From a virus: 64,000 nucleotides of DNA. The stretch lies in the IMG/VR virus record IMGVR_UViG_3300029915_000005; one strand, written 5' to 3'. Position 1 is the first letter of the stretch. Every line of letters starts with the position of its first letter. The translations under genes were made by a program, and so were the position numbers. Shown one piece after another: positions 29,342 through 41,451 of this stretch. The notes under the pieces are model-generated. The model saw only the letters and a list, made by a program, of their open reading frames with translations, did no database searches and was not told the DNA's origin.

Positions 29342-32300
29342 ATGGCAACCACATCTACATTTCTTCCTCCATATTTAAATACGATACCCAATAAGAGATT
29401 CCTTAATGGTACTCTTGATCTACTGACCAGCGCCCCTCAACTAGCAAGGTTTGATGGATTTATCGGTCGTCAATTTAATAATGGTAAATTATTGGAAGGA
29501 TCATATCTATTAGAATCCACTGCGCCAAGGCAAAATTATCAATTAGAACCTGCATTTGTAACTTATGATTCAAATAATAACATTACAAATATTTCAAACT
29601 TCATTGATCTATTAAATACTTGCGCCAACAAAGAATCAATTACAAGCTCTTGGAATAGATTGCTTACATCTGGAGTGTATAGCTGGAAAGGATTTACAGA
29701 TACAGATAAAATCATCAATTATCAAAATTATTGTTGGATGGGAAAATCACTTGCAGCAAATAATGATTGGTATTGGACTAGCAATATTGCAATCAATGAT
29801 ATATCAACCAATGTTATTGGAAAAACAAATTACACTACATTAAATGGAATAAAACTATTAAATGGCATGATTGTTTCATTTAATGATACTTCAGAACCTG
29901 CAATTGTTGAAGGTATTGGAGAAGAAATTATACTCATACCTTTATCAAATATAATTATTCCAACATTTGCAAATGATCAAAATAATCCACCAGATTATAT
30001 AACCATTAATCGTTCTGCGGTAGATTTAAATTTATGGTCCAGAAGCAATTTATGGGTTCACAAAGACACTCTGAATGCAATTATTTCAATATTATCTATC
30101 ACGAATAACTCTGAATTTCAATTTGCAGTTAGACCAATCTTAGAATTCATACCAATGGTATTATTTGGCCATGGAAAAGTAGGTTTAACTCCTGCAACTT
30201 ATTATGATGCTTATACTCCTGATGCAATATCCATAATTCAAGGAACAACTAATTTTACAGTAGATGGATTTCAATTAAATGATGGAGATTCTGTAATATT
30301 TGCTGCTGATAAAAATCAAACAGTTAGAGATGCAATTTACGATGTAAATTTCGTCGATCCTTCTATTACTACTCAACTTTCAAGACTTTATCCAGTTCAA
30401 GCAGCAACTACATCCAATATTATTGCTTTTGGATCACAAACTATAGATGGGTACATAACATCTGTTGGAGATAGAATTCTTGCTGTTAATCAATCTAATA
30501 TTCCAAACGGAATTTATATTGTTACTAATGAAGATTGGAAACTAGCTCCTGACTTCATTTCAATTAATCCAAATGAAAATGAAATAGGGGTACTAGTGTT
30601 GTCAGGTCTTTCTTTGAAAGGAACTTATTTTATTTGGATTCCATTCACACACAATTTTACAATCGCTACCAATATTCCAGTAATTCAACTTACTCAAAGA
30701 GAAATACCAACAAATAACAATTGTGTTCTTATAACCAGCGGAAATACTTATGTAGATAATACTGTTTCATGGGGAGGATCATACTGGAAAATTGATTCTC
30801 AAATTAAAACAGCAATAAATCAATCACCATTGTTTGATGTTTTTGATTTAAATAATATTAGTTTTAGTAATATATCTGTTTATCCTGAATCCAGTTTTGC
30901 TGGAAGCAAATTATTTTCTTACGAAATTGGGGTAGGCCCCAATGATCCAATTTTAGGTATGCCGCTTACTTACGGACCAATTGGAAATTTAAATGATGTG
31001 ATATTTAATAACAATTATTTTACTGATTCTTTTTCATTTACTACTTCTGAAAATGTTCCAGAAAGTATTGTGTCTGGAAGAGCACATATTATCGATGGTA
31101 TAACCAAAATAGAAAATGTTTATGACACATGGCAATATATTAATAGTAATTTAGAATTATATCAAAACTTGGTTGCAGTTGGGTCCAATGTAATTAATTT
31201 TACTGGAAAGTTACTTATAAAAAGCACCCCAAATGCTTTTCAAACACAAGTTTTCGTTGATGGAATTCAACTTTCCTCTGATGAGTTTTCTGTGGCTGAA
31301 TCTAACGGAATTGTTACTGTCACAATATCATCATCAATAACAGCGACCAGTTTGATTTTTATAAAAATATTGTGCTCTACTCCTATTGCCAATGCATGGT
31401 ATGACGTTCCTCCCTCATTTGAATCAAATTCATTGGGAGAAAATTTACAATCATTTAGCATGAGTGATATAAGAAATCATGCAACAACTTCTAATATAAA
31501 TTCAAATAATACTTCAGATATAATAAATCTTCAATTAAATGAATTTCAAGGAACACCAGGAAGCATATTATTCAATGAATCATTAAGCATATTACCAACT
31601 TTATTATTAACTAATAATAATTTTGATATTGATCAAGCCATTAAAGTTGCTGGAAATGCATATATTATATTCAAACAGAAATTAATTAATGTATTTTCTC
31701 AAATATCAAATATTCAAAATCTTAATAATAAGCAAGCAGTTGATCAAGCATTGCAACAATTAGCTCTTGGTTATACAAATTCTCAACCGTGGAATACTAG
31801 TGATATGTGTTTCTGGGGAGGAAATGTTCAAAATGTAACCATTTCTAGTATTAAAAAAGTTAATTTCAATTTACAACAAACTTATATTTGGGATCAACCA
31901 AATTATCTAGCACTACAAGTATATTTAAATTGCTCTCAGCTTATTAATAACATTGATTACTATACTGCTGGAAATATTTTGACCATCACTCATGCTCTTA
32001 ATACTGGTGATAATTTATCAATCTATGAAATTCCAAATACCACTGGTTCTTTTATTCCTGCAACACCCACCAAACTTGGATTATCTGCTGCGTATGTTCC
32101 GCAAATTTATGTAGATAATACATATCAAATTCCTCGTAATGTTTTACAAGGTCACGATGGTAGCATAACTGAATGCTTCAATGATTATCGTGATAATCTT
32201 TTATTGGATTATGAAATAAGAGTTTACAATAACTTAAAGGTTAATAATCAATTATTAACTGATATCATACAAACACATGTTCCTCAAAATGGTAGATTCA

Positions 32301-35300
32301 GAAATGAATTAGCATATGATTTTTCTCCGTATTCTCCTTCTGAACAATTAACTATTTCTCAAAGAATGTTTTTTGAATGGGCAGCACAATATAATATAAA
32401 TTATACCAATTTCTACGATGCCAATAATATGTTTACTTGGAATTGGAGTAGTAGTTTAGATAAATTTTCAGATAGCCAACCATTATTGGGATACTGGCGC
32501 GGAATTTATAATTGGTTTTATGATAGCGAAAATCCAAATACTCGACCATGGGAAATGTTAAACATCTCTGTAAAACCAGCTTGGTGGGATTCAATTTATG
32601 GACCAGGCCCATATACTGGAGGAAACTTAATTCTATGGAACGATATTGCAAATGGAATTATAAGAAATCCATCAGGAATAACAACAAGCAGTTATGGTAT
32701 TAGATATTATAATACCAATTCAGTTTTATCAGTTATACCTGTTGATTCATATGGAATTCTATTAAATCCAAATCAAAGTATTATTGGGACTTATAATGAT
32801 TCTGCTGCTGAAAATAGTTTTGTTTTTGGCGACAGCGGCCCTGTCGAAACTGCTTGGAAGCGCAGCAGTATATACCCATTTTCAAAGTTAAGATCAAAAA
32901 TTTTACAAAATCCTTTGTTCATGCTTGGCACTTTATGGGATACCAATAATTATCTTCCAACAGTTGAATTAAATCAATTTAGATTTCAAAATGGATTATT
33001 GGGAAGCATTAAACAAGTTGCACTTAATAGTGTAGATAATAATGGATTGGCTCAAATAAATAGTATTCTTAATTATTCAATTGAATATCTTAGAAATGAA
33101 GGAAAAGATCCTTCTTTACTAAGAACTGCCATCGATAATACTAATGTAAATCTTGTATATAATTTGGGGGGATATGCAGACGCAAATAATTTGACTGTGT
33201 TAGCAACTCCAAATAACCCAAATGACGTTGGAGCTGCTGAATTAATTTCCAATGAGGATTACTCTCTTTTCCTAAATGAAAGTTCTCCAGTTGGTGTTCT
33301 AACATATAGTGGTATAATAATTACAACGGCTGCAAATGGGCAAGGATATCAAATTTCTGGGTATGATAAGGGAAATCCATATTTTATGATATATCCTGCG
33401 CTATCATTTGTTTCTGGACCAACTATTGGCATATCTCCAAATTTATTTACTTACCCCAAACAGTTTGATTCTAACCCTAGCATAGTCTCATATAACACTA
33501 TCTTTGGGACACAACAAGAAGTAATTAATTTTATTGCTGGCTATGAACAATTTTTAATTTCCAATGGGCTAAATTTTAATACAAATCCAACTCAAGATAA
33601 AATTGATTATGCTGCTGCTGCTTTGCAATTTGTTAAGTGGAGTTTAGTAAATTGGAACAATTCTCAAAATATATCACTAATTATAAATCCAGCAGCTTCT
33701 ATCATAGAATATGATGCATTAACTGGAACATTACATGATTTAACTGATTCAACTTCTAGCTTATTATTGGATGTAAATGGAAACATTATTGATGGAAAAT
33801 ATTTAGATGTTTTTAGAGACATAAACACAGTAACTATTACTCATCAAGGTGGAGGAGTATTTTCTTGCATTCGTGCAAATATTATAAATTATGAACATAG
33901 ATTTACAATTAACAATATATCTTCGTTTAATGATACTATCTATGATCCAATAACTGGAAATAGACAATTGCGTTTGAAAATATCTGGACAAAAAACTGCA
34001 AATTGGACTGGTTCATTAGATTTTCCAGGATTTTTGATTTGCACAAATCAAGTCAATCTTTGGAATCCAAATCAAGATTATTTGATTGGGTCTATCGTTC
34101 AATGGAAAAATTCAAATTATGTAGCTACAACAAATATTATTGGATCATCAACTTTTCAATATTCACAATTTAGTTTAATAACTACAAAATTTACAAATTC
34201 TATTTTACCAAATCTCTCATTAAAAGCGACTGATTATAGTCACGCGTATGATCCAAATTACCGTCCATATATTAATGATTTGGTTTCTCTTCGCAATAAT
34301 ACTATTGGTTATATTGAGAGAGATTGGCTTAATTCTTTGAATATTGATTTGTCAGCGCAATCTAATTTTTATAGAGGATGGATTAAAGAAAAAGGAACTC
34401 TAAATTCATTGAACAGTTATAGTAGAGGATCTACTCCTGGATTAAATACGCAAGTTATTCTTAATGAAGAATACGCTATGAAAGTTGGAGAGTATGGTTC
34501 AGATAGTAGAACTGGATATGGAGAAGTGAGTTTGCCGCCTACTGTAAATTCTCAAAATCCATTAGTTATTTCTTTTGTATCTTCTCCCAATTCTGAAGAC
34601 ACTACAACAACTCAAATAGTTCCTTTTAATTTATATGAAAAATCTATAAATTGGACCAACGATTTTATTCAAAATTTTGGGAATTTAAAAGCAACCACTT
34701 CTTCATTTGAATCTGCTGGTCCTGTTATTCCTAGCAGATTAATAACTCAATCTTATCAAAATATTCCTGGTTTTGAAAAATCAGATGAAGATTCATTATT
34801 TTTTTCTAATGTGCAAACTCTGATAAACAGCACATCTCAAAATAGTATTATAAAAATAGCTGAAAATAATGGTTCTTTTTGGTTAGAAACAAACCAAATA
34901 TCTGCTGGCCCAAATCAGTGGGATATTATTACTTTTTCTCCTGCAATCACTAATATTTTATCTATAACTCAACTTAACCCACAAACATTAAGTTTTAATT
35001 TAACATCAAATATAAATGCGATTATTAATAGCGTTATCATTATCGATCATGTTGATCCATCTGCAAACATATCAATACAAGGATCTTTTATAGTTTCAGA
35101 TTATTTCTTGCAAAATGGTTACGCAAATTTAATTGTTGCCACTAGCAATAATATATTAAATGGAAATATTATCACTTATAATCCTGCATGGAATTCAACT
35201 TCGATCTATACAAGCAAAAGTTTGCGAAGCAATTCTATTGCAGAAAGCAATATTTCATTATCAGATACTACTCGATATGTGGATAAAGATAACATTACTT

Positions 35301-38300
35301 GGGCTGAATATGAATTAATTGCTCCATATACTAATCAAATAACTTATCCAGATGTTGCTTTTCAATTACCAATTACGTCTGTTGCGTATGATGATATTAA
35401 TCAACTATTATGGTCTGGAAAACCTTCAGCTATAGGAAATAATGGATTAGTAGAACTTAGACAATTGACTGAAAATATATCTTCCACTGATATTTTGGTA
35501 TCTGTTATTGGTGGAAGTGTCTATGATATTGAAACTATTAGGCCAGATACTGCTCTTCTTGGATCAGCAGTAGTGTGCGCTAACGGATTTGCTGTAGCAA
35601 CAGCAACCAGTTCTAATGCTACTGCTAATATTAATAATATTGGTCAAATATATATTATCAAAAATAATACAAATGGATTATACCCAGAAATAACTCAAAT
35701 TCTTAGCGCAGACGCTGTTCCAGCGATATATTTAAATGGTGCAAATTTTGGAAAGAATTTAGCCATAAGCGATGATGGAAATTGGCTGTATGTAGTTATT
35801 GATAATTTTGATGGTACAGGACATGGGGGAATCAATGCGTATCAATTAAAAACTAACGCTAATGCTTCTTCATATACATTGGCAGAGCCTCCAAATAATA
35901 CATTAATTAAAGTTACTACACCAATCTTTAATGCTGATTCGTACAGCATTACTGTAACAGTGTCAGTTCCAAACGAAATACCAATTATATTAATACCTCA
36001 TATGGATTATTCTGTTAATCCTTTCGACCCAACTGATATTTTCTTATTTGGAAATCCAATTCCGAATATTGTGGGTACTACTGTTTCTGTCGAAGGTCTT
36101 TCTCAATATTATGCTTGGGTTGATACATTGGTAACTCCGTTGGGATCAAATACCAATTTCGGAGCGTCAATATCTTGTGATGCAACTGGAGAAGTAATAA
36201 CAGTTGGAGCACCTGATTATAATAATGGTGCAGTTATTATATACAGAAGAATTATTGAAAACTTATATAATCCGACAACTGGTGTATACACTCAAACATT
36301 TCCATCGCTAAATTCATTAAAATTTGAGTTATCTCAAATTTTGAACGCACCAAATTCATATGATTCTCAATTTGGTGCTTCTGTTGCTATCCAAAATAAT
36401 CAATTATTGGTGGGAAGTCCTAATAGCACAATAAATAATAAACTCAATAAAGGAGTTATATATTGCTATTCATTAGACACCCAAGTTCAAACTCAAAAAA
36501 ATGTACCAGTAGCAAATTTAACTTTTCCAATTTTACCTTTTAGAATTAATAATTGGATAACAACAAATACCTCTTTGGATATTTCATCATTACTAACAAA
36601 TATAAATTCATTATCTAATTATTCTGGAGTTACAGCGACTCTAATAAATTCAAATATTATATTGACTATAAATGAGACGTTGCATACTTCAGGTTTGACT
36701 CCAGCTTTAATTTTTTGGAATATAGATTCTCCATTATTTAATAATGGACCATTATTCAGTGAATTCACATTAACAAATACTTTATATTCAAATTCAATTA
36801 ACTCCACCAATTTTGGTCAAAATATAAAATGGATTGCATCTGACTTATTCGGAGAAATTGAAAATATTGGATTTAATCAAGTAAATACCCCTGATTCCAC
36901 TGATGGCACTTACTATGATGGCGGAAATACTAATTTCAATGAAACAACCAATCAATATTCTCAGAATTTAAAAATTTATCAAGTTTTGAAATCCAATCGA
37001 TCTTGGATACATTCAAATTCTGATTTGTTGCAACCAATTGTTGTTTTTACAAAAACAATATCTGGTATAAACTATCCATCTATAATATATGCCGCAGATA
37101 TTACAAATCTGTTTGTGATAGATAGTAACAATCCAACAAAATCAGTTGAAGTATTTAACAATGAAAATTTTGCTCATGGCTGGACTGTAGCAACCGCTCA
37201 AGAATTTCCAATTGATTCTACTAGCATCAGTAGAGCATGGATTTATGATTCTATTACAAATATTAAACTTTCTGATTTAGAAATAGTTGATTTAAATGCT
37301 GGAATTTTACCAGGAGCAATTGCCAGCGATCTGGATTTTATTTGTGATAATGATCCTGCTAATTATAATACACAAAAATGGAATCCTGGAACATTATATA
37401 ATATGGGAGATAGAGTTATATACAATAACCAATTGTATGCAGCATTATTTTCTGGAAAAAGTGGCAGCATATTTAATTCTTCTTTATGGGAATTATTGAG
37501 TCTTCAAAAAACATTTGAAGCTTTTGGTCCATCTTTATGGGGATCGCACCAAAAAGGCATGACATGGTTCAAAACTAATAATTTAAAAACTGTAAATGCA
37601 CAATTGGGAAATATATCTGAACGCGCTGCAAATTGGAATACTTGGTTTCCAAATTCAAATATTGAAGTTTATGAATGGGTTACAAGCTCTGTTCCTCCCA
37701 ATTCATATATATCCAATGACACAAATGGATTCATCATAGATATTAATTGCCCATATACATTTGATAATTCAACAAAAATATATGGCTTCTGGGTTTATAA
37801 TAAATCCATACCTGGTTCTTTGCATACAGTTTCTACCAATCAGCTTATATCATCATTATCTGATATTCAAAATTCTGGAATTCCCATGATTACTGCTATT
37901 GATAATAATGTTATATCTATTTGGAATATCAATCAATTTATTTCCAATAATACAGCAATTCTCCACATAGATTATGTTGTGGCAAATGGAAATAATCAAT
38001 TACATAATGAATTCGCCCTTATCAGCAATGATGGGAAAAAATCTTGGTATAAAACTCCAATCTATTCTAAATTCATTGATAGTTTGAGTGGCATGACTGA
38101 TTTAAATCAATTAGTACCAGATATTACTTTACCAATAAATCAGCAAACAGGAATATTAATAAATCCTCAACAATCTATTTTTGTTGATAGAATACAAGCA
38201 GCAAATATATATTTTACTGTAATAAATCAGAACTTATCAAATTTGGCAGTCGCATCATCATCAGTTATTTCTTTATTAAGTGCATCTGATCCTATTCCAA

Positions 38301-41300
38301 CTACTGGATTTTTGCAACAAATTCCAGACAGAGATGTTTTGAATGAATTAAATATTAATGATTATCCAGAACATTATAAAATTTTATTGACTACTGATGA
38401 TCTTCTATCTCCTGCTGGATGGTCAATAGTAGAAGCTATTAATGGAAATTGGGAATTTTTTAAAGTACAATTATATAATTTAACCAATAACTGGAAATAT
38501 GCTGATTGGTTTTCTTCAAACTATGTAAAGTCTACTCCAATGTTTGTTTTGAATAATATTGGAGAACTACCAAGCATAGTATACAATATAAATGATATTA
38601 TTCAGATTAATACCAATGGAAATAACAATAAAATAATTTATAAAGTTCTTTCCAATGAGTTAAATCCTGATATTTTGGAGTTAAATCCTATATTTATTCA
38701 AAACGGAACCATTCAATTTTTGTCGAATATTTATGATTTTGGATTTGACATTGACGCATTTGATACTACTCCTTTTGATGATGATCCATACATTGAACTT
38801 CGTATGATTACTCAAATACTAAATGATTATATTTTAACTGGAAGCAAAGATTTAACAACAGCAGCCGACGATGCATTTTATGCAGTGTTACAATATGTCA
38901 TTCATGAAAATAAAAATCTTGATTGGTTATTTAAAACTAGTTTTATTACTGTCAATTACATTAATAGAAATTTAAATATTCAAGGATCATATGAACCTGA
39001 TAATCAATCTATTATTGAAGACTTTGTAAATGAATCTACTCCTTTTCATACTCGTATCAGAGCATTTTATGATACTTACACTGCCAATGATTATGGAAAC
39101 ATTGGAACTGTAGATTTTGATTTGCCAGCACAGTATGATGAAAATTATGCCAATATTGTATTAAATTACAGCGATAATGTAAAACCAAACGGATTATTGC
39201 AATTAAGTCAATTTGGCCAAAATGTTGGAATGGCTGCTGATTTTGATTCTTTTTATATTACATCAACTGGCATTCCTATTATTTCTCAAAGTAATGATAG
39301 TATATCACAAGATTGGATTTTTGGATTTAAACAGCATGTGTATTCTGATTCTATTAATTTTAATACTGTTCCCAATAACATTGGGCCTATTGCTTCTGCA
39401 ATAGACGGTGTGCCATTCTACAGCGCAAATAGTGGAATTATGGAAACATTATACCAAACTGGAAACTTAATAAATTCACAAACATTTACAATTAATACTG
39501 TATGGCTAGATCAACAAAATAATATAGATACTGGTATAGGGCTACCAAATGAATTGGGAATTTGCCAATATCTATCAGATCCTTATTTATTATATAATAA
39601 AAATGTTTTAACACATAGTCCATTACTAGGATATGCTTGGGACGGAGTTCCTATATATGGTCCTTATGGATATGTAGAAAATAATGGAGACGGCGGAATT
39701 TTTATTAACACTAGCAGTTATAAGTTATTAACTACTCCTAGATTAGATAAAACTGGATTTTCAATTGTTAATGGTTTGCAATTGGCAAATTATAATATGC
39801 CAACTGGAGAATATATTGAAGATTATGAATATGTTCCTGGTTTTGGTAGTCTTGATCAAAATAATGGAAGATATTGCACAACACCAGAATATCCATTAGG
39901 AACATATGCATACTTTATTTCTGTCGATTCAATTTTTCTAAAACCAGTATATCCATATGTAATTGGGCCAACTTATTACGGAATTCCTTATGGATTAAAA
40001 TATTCATATGTTAATGGTATTAGTACACCAGTTTATCAAAATGGAAAAGTTGCTCTGCCTCAAATTAATATAGCAAATAGTGCCAATTTCATTAGAACAC
40101 CAGATGGTTCTGTTAGTTCTGATTCTTTAACTTTACAGAAACCAATTTATGCTCCTTGGAATGATAATTATATTAACAATAGTCAGTTGATTAGGCATCT
40201 CAATACCACAATAAGATTTGATAGAGTTAATAAAGAAATTGAATATTTAACTGCAAACACATCTTATCCAGCCAAAGAAGTATTATTTAATTCAAATTCT
40301 GGAATATTTATGCAATCGTTAGTTGCCAATGCCAACAGCGCAAATATTATAGATGCAAATATTTGGGGAGTAGCAAATTCAATGGCAATTGCAACTTCTA
40401 CAGCAATGAACCGAATAACAGCAGAATATTCGCCGTCTTCCAACATGTTTGCCAATCAAGCAAGATTACTAATGGACGGTATTGATTATTCTGGTGTAAT
40501 AGTAAAAAATGAAAATTTTGTTGATTCATATTCTGTTCCAACAGGTTCATTGTTTGATTTAGATGATTCTTTTGCAGCAAACACTTCATTAAATATTTCT
40601 TGGAGGCCAGGATTGATTACCAGTTCTGCATTATCCAGCGAAGTTTATAGATTTGGTAACTCATCTGGAGCATTCAATACCAAAACTAAACAATATATAT
40701 CTGCAAATTTAATGAGTGATGATATTTCTGCTCTGAGTATCAATTCTAGTAATTTTACATTGGAATTTTTCGTTAACTTCAGCAATTTAAATGCTGGCAA
40801 TATCATGGTTATGGTAGATACGAGAGATTATTACTATTCCCCATCTGGCTTAGTAATATATAAAAATAATGGCAATCTTTGTTTGGGATCAAATACTTCC
40901 ATGCCATTGTTATCATATAATTTACCACCATTACCACAAAATGAATGGCAATTTATTACTGCACAAGGATATACTACTAATATTAATGGAAATCTTTCTA
41001 GCAATCTATACATGTATTTGAATGGGCAATTAATAAATAGTATAATGCAATATTACAATTTTTCCGATTCAAATTTAACTTTAGGTGCTGATGTTATTGG
41101 AGGGAATGTATGTTGTGGATATATGGACGAAATCAGATTAACCAAAAATATTAATCGTTATGATTATAATGCTATAAATATTAATGTTCCATCCAGTCCA
41201 TTTCCAAGAGAGAATGATCCATATCTTAATATAATAGATACTCCTTTGTTGTTTGGATTTGAATCTTTTAATAATGAAGGTCCAGCGTCAATAACATTTA

Positions 41301-41443
41301 ATTCAATTAATTCGCAAACATTAATTAATGATTTATCATGGAATACTAAAACTCTAGAGCTTGTAAACTATAATGCTGGAAATGTTATTGTAGATTCTTC
41401 TCTAATAAACAATCAAAATTTTTCCGTAAAACTAAATCAATAG
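29342..41443 (+). CDS. giant gp7-like baseplate/virion structural protein (4033 aa)
   Basis: FLP, RQNYQLEP, INYQNY.W, N.WSR.N.W.H, RPWEML, FGD.GPVE.AW, WLFKTSF; FG-GAP-like, CBM-like, YHYH-like and LamG-like segments; follows gp6. Confidence 0.75.
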   Translation: MATTSTFLPPYLNTIPNKRFLNGTLDLLTSAPQLARFDGFIGRQFNNGKLLEGSYLLESTAPRQNYQLEPAFVTYDSNNNITNISNFIDLLNTCANKESITSSWNRLLTSGVYSWKGFTDTDKIINYQNYCWMGKSLAANNDWYWTSNIAINDISTNVIGKTNYTTLNGIKLLNGMIVSFNDTSEPAIVEGIGEEIILIPLSNIIIPTFANDQNNPPDYITINRSAVDLNLWSRSNLWVHKDTLNAIISILSITNNSEFQFAVRPILEFIPMVLFGHGKVGLTPATYYDAYTPDAISIIQGTTNFTVDGFQLNDGDSVIFAADKNQTVRDAIYDVNFVDPSITTQLSRLYPVQAATTSNIIAFGSQTIDGYITSVGDRILAVNQSNIPNGIYIVTNEDWKLAPDFISINPNENEIGVLVLSGLSLKGTYFIWIPFTHNFTIATNIPVIQLTQREIPTNNNCVLITSGNTYVDNTVSWGGSYWKIDSQIKTAINQSPLFDVFDLNNISFSNISVYPESSFAGSKLFSYEIGVGPNDPILGMPLTYGPIGNLNDVIFNNNYFTDSFSFTTSENVPESIVSGRAHIIDGITKIENVYDTWQYINSNLELYQNLVAVGSNVINFTGKLLIKSTPNAFQTQVFVDGIQLSSDEFSVAESNGIVTVTISSSITATSLIFIKILCSTPIANAWYDVPPSFESNSLGENLQSFSMSDIRNHATTSNINSNNTSDIINLQLNEFQGTPGSILFNESLSILPTLLLTNNNFDIDQAIKVAGNAYIIFKQKLINVFSQISNIQNLNNKQAVDQALQQLALGYTNSQPWNTSDMCFWGGNVQNVTISSIKKVNFNLQQTYIWDQPNYLALQVYLNCSQLINNIDYYTAGNILTITHALNTGDNLSIYEIPNTTGSFIPATPTKLGLSAAYVPQIYVDNTYQIPRNVLQGHDGSITECFNDYRDNLLLDYEIRVYNNLKVNNQLLTDIIQTHVPQNGRFRNELAYDFSPYSPSEQLTISQRMFFEWAAQYNINYTNFYDANNMFTWNWSSSLDKFSDSQPLLGYWRGIYNWFYDSENPNTRPWEMLNISVKPAWWDSIYGPGPYTGGNLILWNDIANGIIRNPSGITTSSYGIRYYNTNSVLSVIPVDSYGILLNPNQSIIGTYNDSAAENSFVFGDSGPVETAWKRSSIYPFSKLRSKILQNPLFMLGTLWDTNNYLPTVELNQFRFQNGLLGSIKQVALNSVDNNGLAQINSILNYSIEYLRNEGKDPSLLRTAIDNTNVNLVYNLGGYADANNLTVLATPNNPNDVGAAELISNEDYSLFLNESSPVGVLTYSGIIITTAANGQGYQISGYDKGNPYFMIYPALSFVSGPTIGISPNLFTYPKQFDSNPSIVSYNTIFGTQQEVINFIAGYEQFLISNGLNFNTNPTQDKIDYAAAALQFVKWSLVNWNNSQNISLIINPAASIIEYDALTGTLHDLTDSTSSLLLDVNGNIIDGKYLDVFRDINTVTITHQGGGVFSCIRANIINYEHRFTINNISSFNDTIYDPITGNRQLRLKISGQKTANWTGSLDFPGFLICTNQVNLWNPNQDYLIGSIVQWKNSNYVATTNIIGSSTFQYSQFSLITTKFTNSILPNLSLKATDYSHAYDPNYRPYINDLVSLRNNTIGYIERDWLNSLNIDLSAQSNFYRGWIKEKGTLNSLNSYSRGSTPGLNTQVILNEEYAMKVGEYGSDSRTGYGEVSLPPTVNSQNPLVISFVSSPNSEDTTTTQIVPFNLYEKSINWTNDFIQNFGNLKATTSSFESAGPVIPSRLITQSYQNIPGFEKSDEDSLFFSNVQTLINSTSQNSIIKIAENNGSFWLETNQISAGPNQWDIITFSPAITNILSITQLNPQTLSFNLTSNINAIINSVIIIDHVDPSANISIQGSFIVSDYFLQNGYANLIVATSNNILNGNIITYNPAWNSTSIYTSKSLRSNSIAESNISLSDTTRYVDKDNITWAEYELIAPYTNQITYPDVAFQLPITSVAYDDINQLLWSGKPSAIGNNGLVELRQLTENISSTDILVSVIGGSVYDIETIRPDTALLGSAVVCANGFAVATATSSNATANINNIGQIYIIKNNTNGLYPEITQILSADAVPAIYLNGANFGKNLAISDDGNWLYVVIDNFDGTGHGGINAYQLKTNANASSYTLAEPPNNTLIKVTTPIFNADSYSITVTVSVPNEIPIILIPHMDYSVNPFDPTDIFLFGNPIPNIVGTTVSVEGLSQYYAWVDTLVTPLGSNTNFGASISCDATGEVITVGAPDYNNGAVIIYRRIIENLYNPTTGVYTQTFPSLNSLKFELSQILNAPNSYDSQFGASVAIQNNQLLVGSPNSTINNKLNKGVIYCYSLDTQVQTQKNVPVANLTFPILPFRINNWITTNTSLDISSLLTNINSLSNYSGVTATLINSNIILTINETLHTSGLTPALIFWNIDSPLFNNGPLFSEFTLTNTLYSNSINSTNFGQNIKWIASDLFGEIENIGFNQVNTPDSTDGTYYDGGNTNFNETTNQYSQNLKIYQVLKSNRSWIHSNSDLLQPIVVFTKTISGINYPSIIYAADITNLFVIDSNNPTKSVEVFNNENFAHGWTVATAQEFPIDSTSISRAWIYDSITNIKLSDLEIVDLNAGILPGAIASDLDFICDNDPANYNTQKWNPGTLYNMGDRVIYNNQLYAALFSGKSGSIFNSSLWELLSLQKTFEAFGPSLWGSHQKGMTWFKTNNLKTVNAQLGNISERAANWNTWFPNSNIEVYEWVTSSVPPNSYISNDTNGFIIDINCPYTFDNSTKIYGFWVYNKSIPGSLHTVSTNQLISSLSDIQNSGIPMITAIDNNVISIWNINQFISNNTAILHIDYVVANGNNQLHNEFALISNDGKKSWYKTPIYSKFIDSLSGMTDLNQLVPDITLPINQQTGILINPQQSIFVDRIQAANIYFTVINQNLSNLAVASSSVISLLSASDPIPTTGFLQQIPDRDVLNELNINDYPEHYKILLTTDDLLSPAGWSIVEAINGNWEFFKVQLYNLTNNWKYADWFSSNYVKSTPMFVLNNIGELPSIVYNINDIIQINTNGNNNKIIYKVLSNELNPDILELNPIFIQNGTIQFLSNIYDFGFDIDAFDTTPFDDDPYIELRMITQILNDYILTGSKDLTTAADDAFYAVLQYVIHENKNLDWLFKTSFITVNYINRNLNIQGSYEPDNQSIIEDFVNESTPFHTRIRAFYDTYTANDYGNIGTVDFDLPAQYDENYANIVLNYSDNVKPNGLLQLSQFGQNVGMAADFDSFYITSTGIPIISQSNDSISQDWIFGFKQHVYSDSINFNTVPNNIGPIASAIDGVPFYSANSGIMETLYQTGNLINSQTFTINTVWLDQQNNIDTGIGLPNELGICQYLSDPYLLYNKNVLTHSPLLGYAWDGVPIYGPYGYVENNGDGGIFINTSSYKLLTTPRLDKTGFSIVNGLQLANYNMPTGEYIEDYEYVPGFGSLDQNNGRYCTTPEYPLGTYAYFISVDSIFLKPVYPYVIGPTYYGIPYGLKYSYVNGISTPVYQNGKVALPQINIANSANFIRTPDGSVSSDSLTLQKPIYAPWNDNYINNSQLIRHLNTTIRFDRVNKEIEYLTANTSYPAKEVLFNSNSGIFMQSLVANANSANIIDANIWGVANSMAIATSTAMNRITAEYSPSSNMFANQARLLMDGIDYSGVIVKNENFVDSYSVPTGSLFDLDDSFAANTSLNISWRPGLITSSALSSEVYRFGNSSGAFNTKTKQYISANLMSDDISALSINSSNFTLEFFVNFSNLNAGNIMVMVDTRDYYYSPSGLVIYKNNGNLCLGSNTSMPLLSYNLPPLPQNEWQFITAQGYTTNINGNLSSNLYMYLNGQLINSIMQYYNFSDSNLTLGADVIGGNVCCGYMDEIRLTKNINRYDYNAININVPSSPFPRENDPYLNIIDTPLLFGFESFNNEGPASITFNSINSQTLINDLSWNTKTLELVNYNAGNVIVDSSLINNQNFSVKLNQ

Positions 41444-41451
41444 GAATAAAC

